Shown: positions 34,310-37,088 of the stretch, piece after piece | How the letters are laid out: each line of letters starts with the position of its first letter | How positions within the stretch are numbered: position 1 is the stretch's first letter | IMG/VR virus record: IMGVR_UViG_2061766007_000542 | From: an uncultured virus (IMG/VR IMGVR_UViG_2061766007_000542) | Taxonomy: Duplodnaviria > Heunggongvirae > Uroviricota > Caudoviricetes | Length of the DNA: 37,088 bases | Reading direction: 5' to 3' (one strand) | Notes under the pieces: generated by a model | What the model saw: only the letters and a program-made list of their open reading frames with translations | The model's database searches: none | Told to the model about the DNA's origin: nothing | Program-made: the position numbers and the translations under genes

Positions 34310-34948
34310 ATGACAAATATCTACCAAAAAATCAATAAAGTAAAACAAGCCATAGCAAAGGCAGGACTCAAAAAGAGTGGGAAGAATGCATTCGCAAAGT
34401 TTGAATATTACGAACTGAGCGACTTCCTCCCCACCATTATAGAGGAATGTGATAAGATCGGATTATTCAATCATATCACATTCAAAGAAAACGAGGCAGA
34501 ACTTGAGATCATCAACTGTGAGAATCCTGAAGAAAAAATCACATACGTCAGTCCAATCACAGAACTTGAACTCAAAGGATGCAACAAAATACAGGCACTC
34601 GGATGAGTACAAACATACAGCAGGAGATACTTATACATCACTGCATACGACATCTGTGAAAATGATTCATTTGATGCAGTTACAGGAGATGGAGATAAGA
34701 ATCAAGAAAAGAAAACAGAAAACAAAATCAAACCTGAAGAAAGCAAAAAGAAACTCGAAGAATTCAAAAAGAAATGTGAAACAGTGAATCTCGATGACAA
34801 AACAGAAACAGAAAAACTACTCGAAGAATGAAGACAACTTCACAAACAACTCTTAGAAGAGGACAAAAAAGTCCTCACAGAATATTGTGTGTGAATAAAA
34901 AATGCTTTAGAAGTACTTAAAACGAATGGAAATCAAAGTAATGCTTAA
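34310..34948 (+). CDS. erf: ERF-family single-strand annealing protein (212 aa)
   Basis: KKSGKNAFAKFEYYELSDFLP...IQALGGVQTYSRRYLY..DSFD. Confidence 0.88.
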
Positions 34949-35315
34949 AATCAATGAGGAGTTCAAAGAGAAAGGACTCCTCCTCTCCAAAGAGGACTTA
35001 TTTGATCGACTCAGGCTCAGAGATGATATGAGAACAAAATCAAACGAACTCAAGCAAGAAGTAACGATCTGAAAATTAGAACTCGATAAGGAGAAAGCCT
35101 GTAAGGTTATAGAATACAAGGCAACAATAGATGACAAAGGGAAATGACTCACAGAAAAAACAATCGAGTCATTGATAAAAAAGGACTTCTATGAGAAAGA
35201 GATAGAACTCCTCACAAAGAAAGCAACTGCAGATCTCCTACAAGAGAGAGCAGAGAGCATCATAGACTTTGTAAACATCGTAAAGATGGAGATCAAAGCA
35301 AAAATAGAGTTATAG
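34926..35315 (+). CDS. Helical protein, possibly a UvsY-like recombination mediator (129 aa)
   Basis: Helical bundle with GKGLTEKTIESLI; adjacent to erf. Confidence 0.5.
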
Positions 35316-35344
35316 GTCAGACTTTTATTCTTTTATAAAAATAC

Positions 35345-35749
35345 ATGGGAGAAAAAACACTAACCATCATTAAACTATCAGTAACAGCATTATTAATCAT
35401 CGGAATTTTATCTTTGACTTTCGTGGTAGGACAAAACAGAATCAGCGAAAAAGATCAAAGAGCAATCAACAGCCTCGAGGAAGTATTAAAGATAAAACAA
35501 CAAAAGCAAAACTGCCTCGATAATCTCACGGCATTACAAACAGAGGAATACCTCAAATGAGTGTGAGATTACTGCAAAACAGATGATGAGAGAATCAAAG
35601 AACTCAAAAGTATCATCGACTCAACCATCAATGGATTTGAATACGAAAACATTGATAGATTGATCCAAGAAAAGAAAGATGGACAAATCATCAACAATAC
35701 AGGGATGACAGCCATCGAAAAATTAGAGGGTTTATTAGCGAGTGAGTAA
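35345..35749 (+). CDS. Membrane-anchored protein (134 aa; short product of a frameshift gene)
   Basis: N-terminal TM helix; ends ...LEGLLASE*. Confidence 0.7.
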
Positions 35750-36222
35750 ACACTCAGACAAAAAATCTCTCCAATGAGAAAAAAATTGAGGAGAAACACG
35801 AGGTAGTATCGTCCACAAAAAAAGAAACAGAAGAAAAAAAATCTGAAGTCGAACAACAAACCATCAAGAAAAAAGAATACGAAGAAAATGATTTGAGAAA
35901 CGAGATGATACAGTATGCATACAACATCGGATGACTTGACTTGGTACTGATGATGGAATGTGAAAATTCCACACGGAACATGTACAGACAGAGCGAAGTG
36001 GTAAAGAACTGAAGAAGAGAGCCTTCCTACTGACTCTGCATGATTGACAGGGACTTTCATCCTGAAATTATAGATGATCCACGTTTTCGGTCAGATCGAA
36101 AACGACAGATAGAAACCTGCAACAGACTCTATACATGAGGAACAAAATTCTACTGACCATCAAGAATCGTAAAAGGACAAAGATGTTCAGAATATGTGAA
36201 ACAGAGATTCACACTGACCTAA
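35728..36222 (+). CDS. Lytic transglycosylase-like domain in the -1 frame (probable frameshift extension of 35345)
   Basis: MMECENSTWN...SYGLCMI motif. The frame has no start codon between the TAG at 35656 and about 35893, and G GGT TTA lies at 35728-35734. Confidence 0.65.
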
Positions 36223-36432
36223 GCAAGTCGCTATAAACTGCAGTGCTTATATAACAAAGGCGAGAGCCTGTCCCAAACAAGACATAAAACTGTTTCCTAT
36301 TTGCTGTAGGAGGTTATGGATACCACAGCACAAAGATAGCAAAGCAAAAAAGAACAAAAGTAAAACTTCCATTCATTGATCATAATAAAGTAAAAATCAG
36401 ATAAAACATCCATCCATAACCTGTGCTATCTT
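36216..36432 (+). ncRNA. Second composite structured RNA element (two pseudoknot repeats, GNRA hairpin, long-range helices)
   Basis: Pseudoknots at 36216-36241 and 36269-36295; AGGC-GAGA-GCCT hairpin; helices 36311-36321/36412-36422 and 36333-36341/36424-36432. Confidence 0.55.
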
Positions 36433-36456
36433 TTAATTGATAAAAAAACAAAAAAC

Positions 36457-36699
36457 ATGCCAAGAGAAATAACACCCTGAGAATTAGAGTTCATCAATGA
36501 GCCATGAATCATTCACAAACTCTTTGATAAGTTCAGAAACTTCCTCATCTTTGTATTCACAAGAGAATGAGAATCACTGGATGTGGATACCAAGAGATAC
36601 AAAGAAAAAGGATTCTCTGATGTAGACCACCTGAGATCCTGTGGCAAGAGAAATCAATCAAAATTCTTCAAGGATTATGAATACACTAAAAGAAAATAA
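36457..36699 (+). CDS. Hypothetical protein (80 aa)
   Basis: Open with TGA=Gly. Confidence 0.6.
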
Positions 36700-36721
36700 T
36701 TTTTATCCATAAACCGTACCA

Positions 36722-36820
36722 ATGAGAACAGGCGACAAGATAGTCTTCGCAATAGCGATTATCGTGATGATGACAATCATCGCAAGTTTTATCTGCTTAT
36801 GTTTAGAATGAGTGAAATAG
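36722..36820 (+). CDS. Small TM peptide (32 aa)
   Basis: MRTGDKIVFAIAIIVMMTIIASFICLCLEGVK. Confidence 0.5.
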
Positions 36821-36990
36821 CAACAGAATGCCCTGAGCCAAATAGGAACAGACACGAAAAAACAACCGTGAGAATAGGGAACACGGAAATATCAATTCCA
36901 AGATACCTCATCAATATGATAAAAGAACTCCCTGATACTTTACTAACACTTTTAAGAGATAACAGACAAGAGAGAAGATGAAGAAGATAA
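36808..36990 (+). CDS. Hypothetical protein (60 aa)
   Basis: Track ORF extended through TGA. Confidence 0.5.
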
Positions 36991-37088
36991 CAACAGAGGA
37001 AGAATACGAGGAGAGTTGTAAGAGATTCTATGAATTACAACTTCAAATCAACAGATGTGATGAGAACATCGCAAAGCAAAAGGCAAGT
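36978..37088 (+). CDS. N-terminal part of coiled-coil protein (3' truncated)
   Basis: MKKITTEEEYEESCKRFYELQLQINRCDENIAKQKAS, open to the window end. Confidence 0.5.
   Translation, partial: MKKITTEEEYEESCKRFYELQLQINRCDENIAKQKAS

Larger units (their letters stand above)
1..37088 (+). mobile_element. Near-complete podovirus-like phage genome using TGA=Gly, CGA/CGG=Trp (Absconditabacterales-type code)
   Basis: Terminase, portal, capsid, tail, lysis, recombinase and replication modules are all co-oriented. There are no host housekeeping genes, and the long ORFs are intact only with TGA read-through. Confidence 0.93.

Noticed and set aside
1889..36060. Minus-strand ORFs in the supplied track
   Set aside because: They are F/L/S-rich shadows of A-rich plus-strand genes that they overlap, and they have no recognisable motifs.

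Overview
The window is a near-complete, AT-rich tailed-phage genome of podovirus type, with every supported gene on the + strand. It only reads properly in a recoded genetic code: TGA=Gly and CGA/CGG=Trp. That combination is known for Absconditabacterales (SR1, CPR/Patescibacteria), so the supplied code-11 ORF track is fragmented and its minus-strand ORFs are shadows. All coordinates below use the recoded code. Gene order: small early/accessory genes, HNH and NinG nucleases, TerS, TerL, portal, scaffold, N4-gp56-type capsid, adaptor/nozzle, a CHAP-containing ejection protein, a 2003-aa polyvalent protein (3 ART-like modules plus HExxH peptidase), tail fibre, two LamG paralogues interleaved with a Gly/Asn-rich cassette, a lysis module, a Xer-like recombinase with a dif-like site, an iteron array, replication initiator, ERF, and a probable -1-frameshifted lytic transglycosylase. 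I found no repressor, polymerase, helicase or tRNA gene. The least explained signal is an RNA layer: a family of covarying small H-type pseudoknots, two composite structured elements, a promoter/terminator-bounded minus-strand sRNA, and complementary-loop hairpins flanking one gene. All functional calls come from reading motifs by eye, not from database searches.
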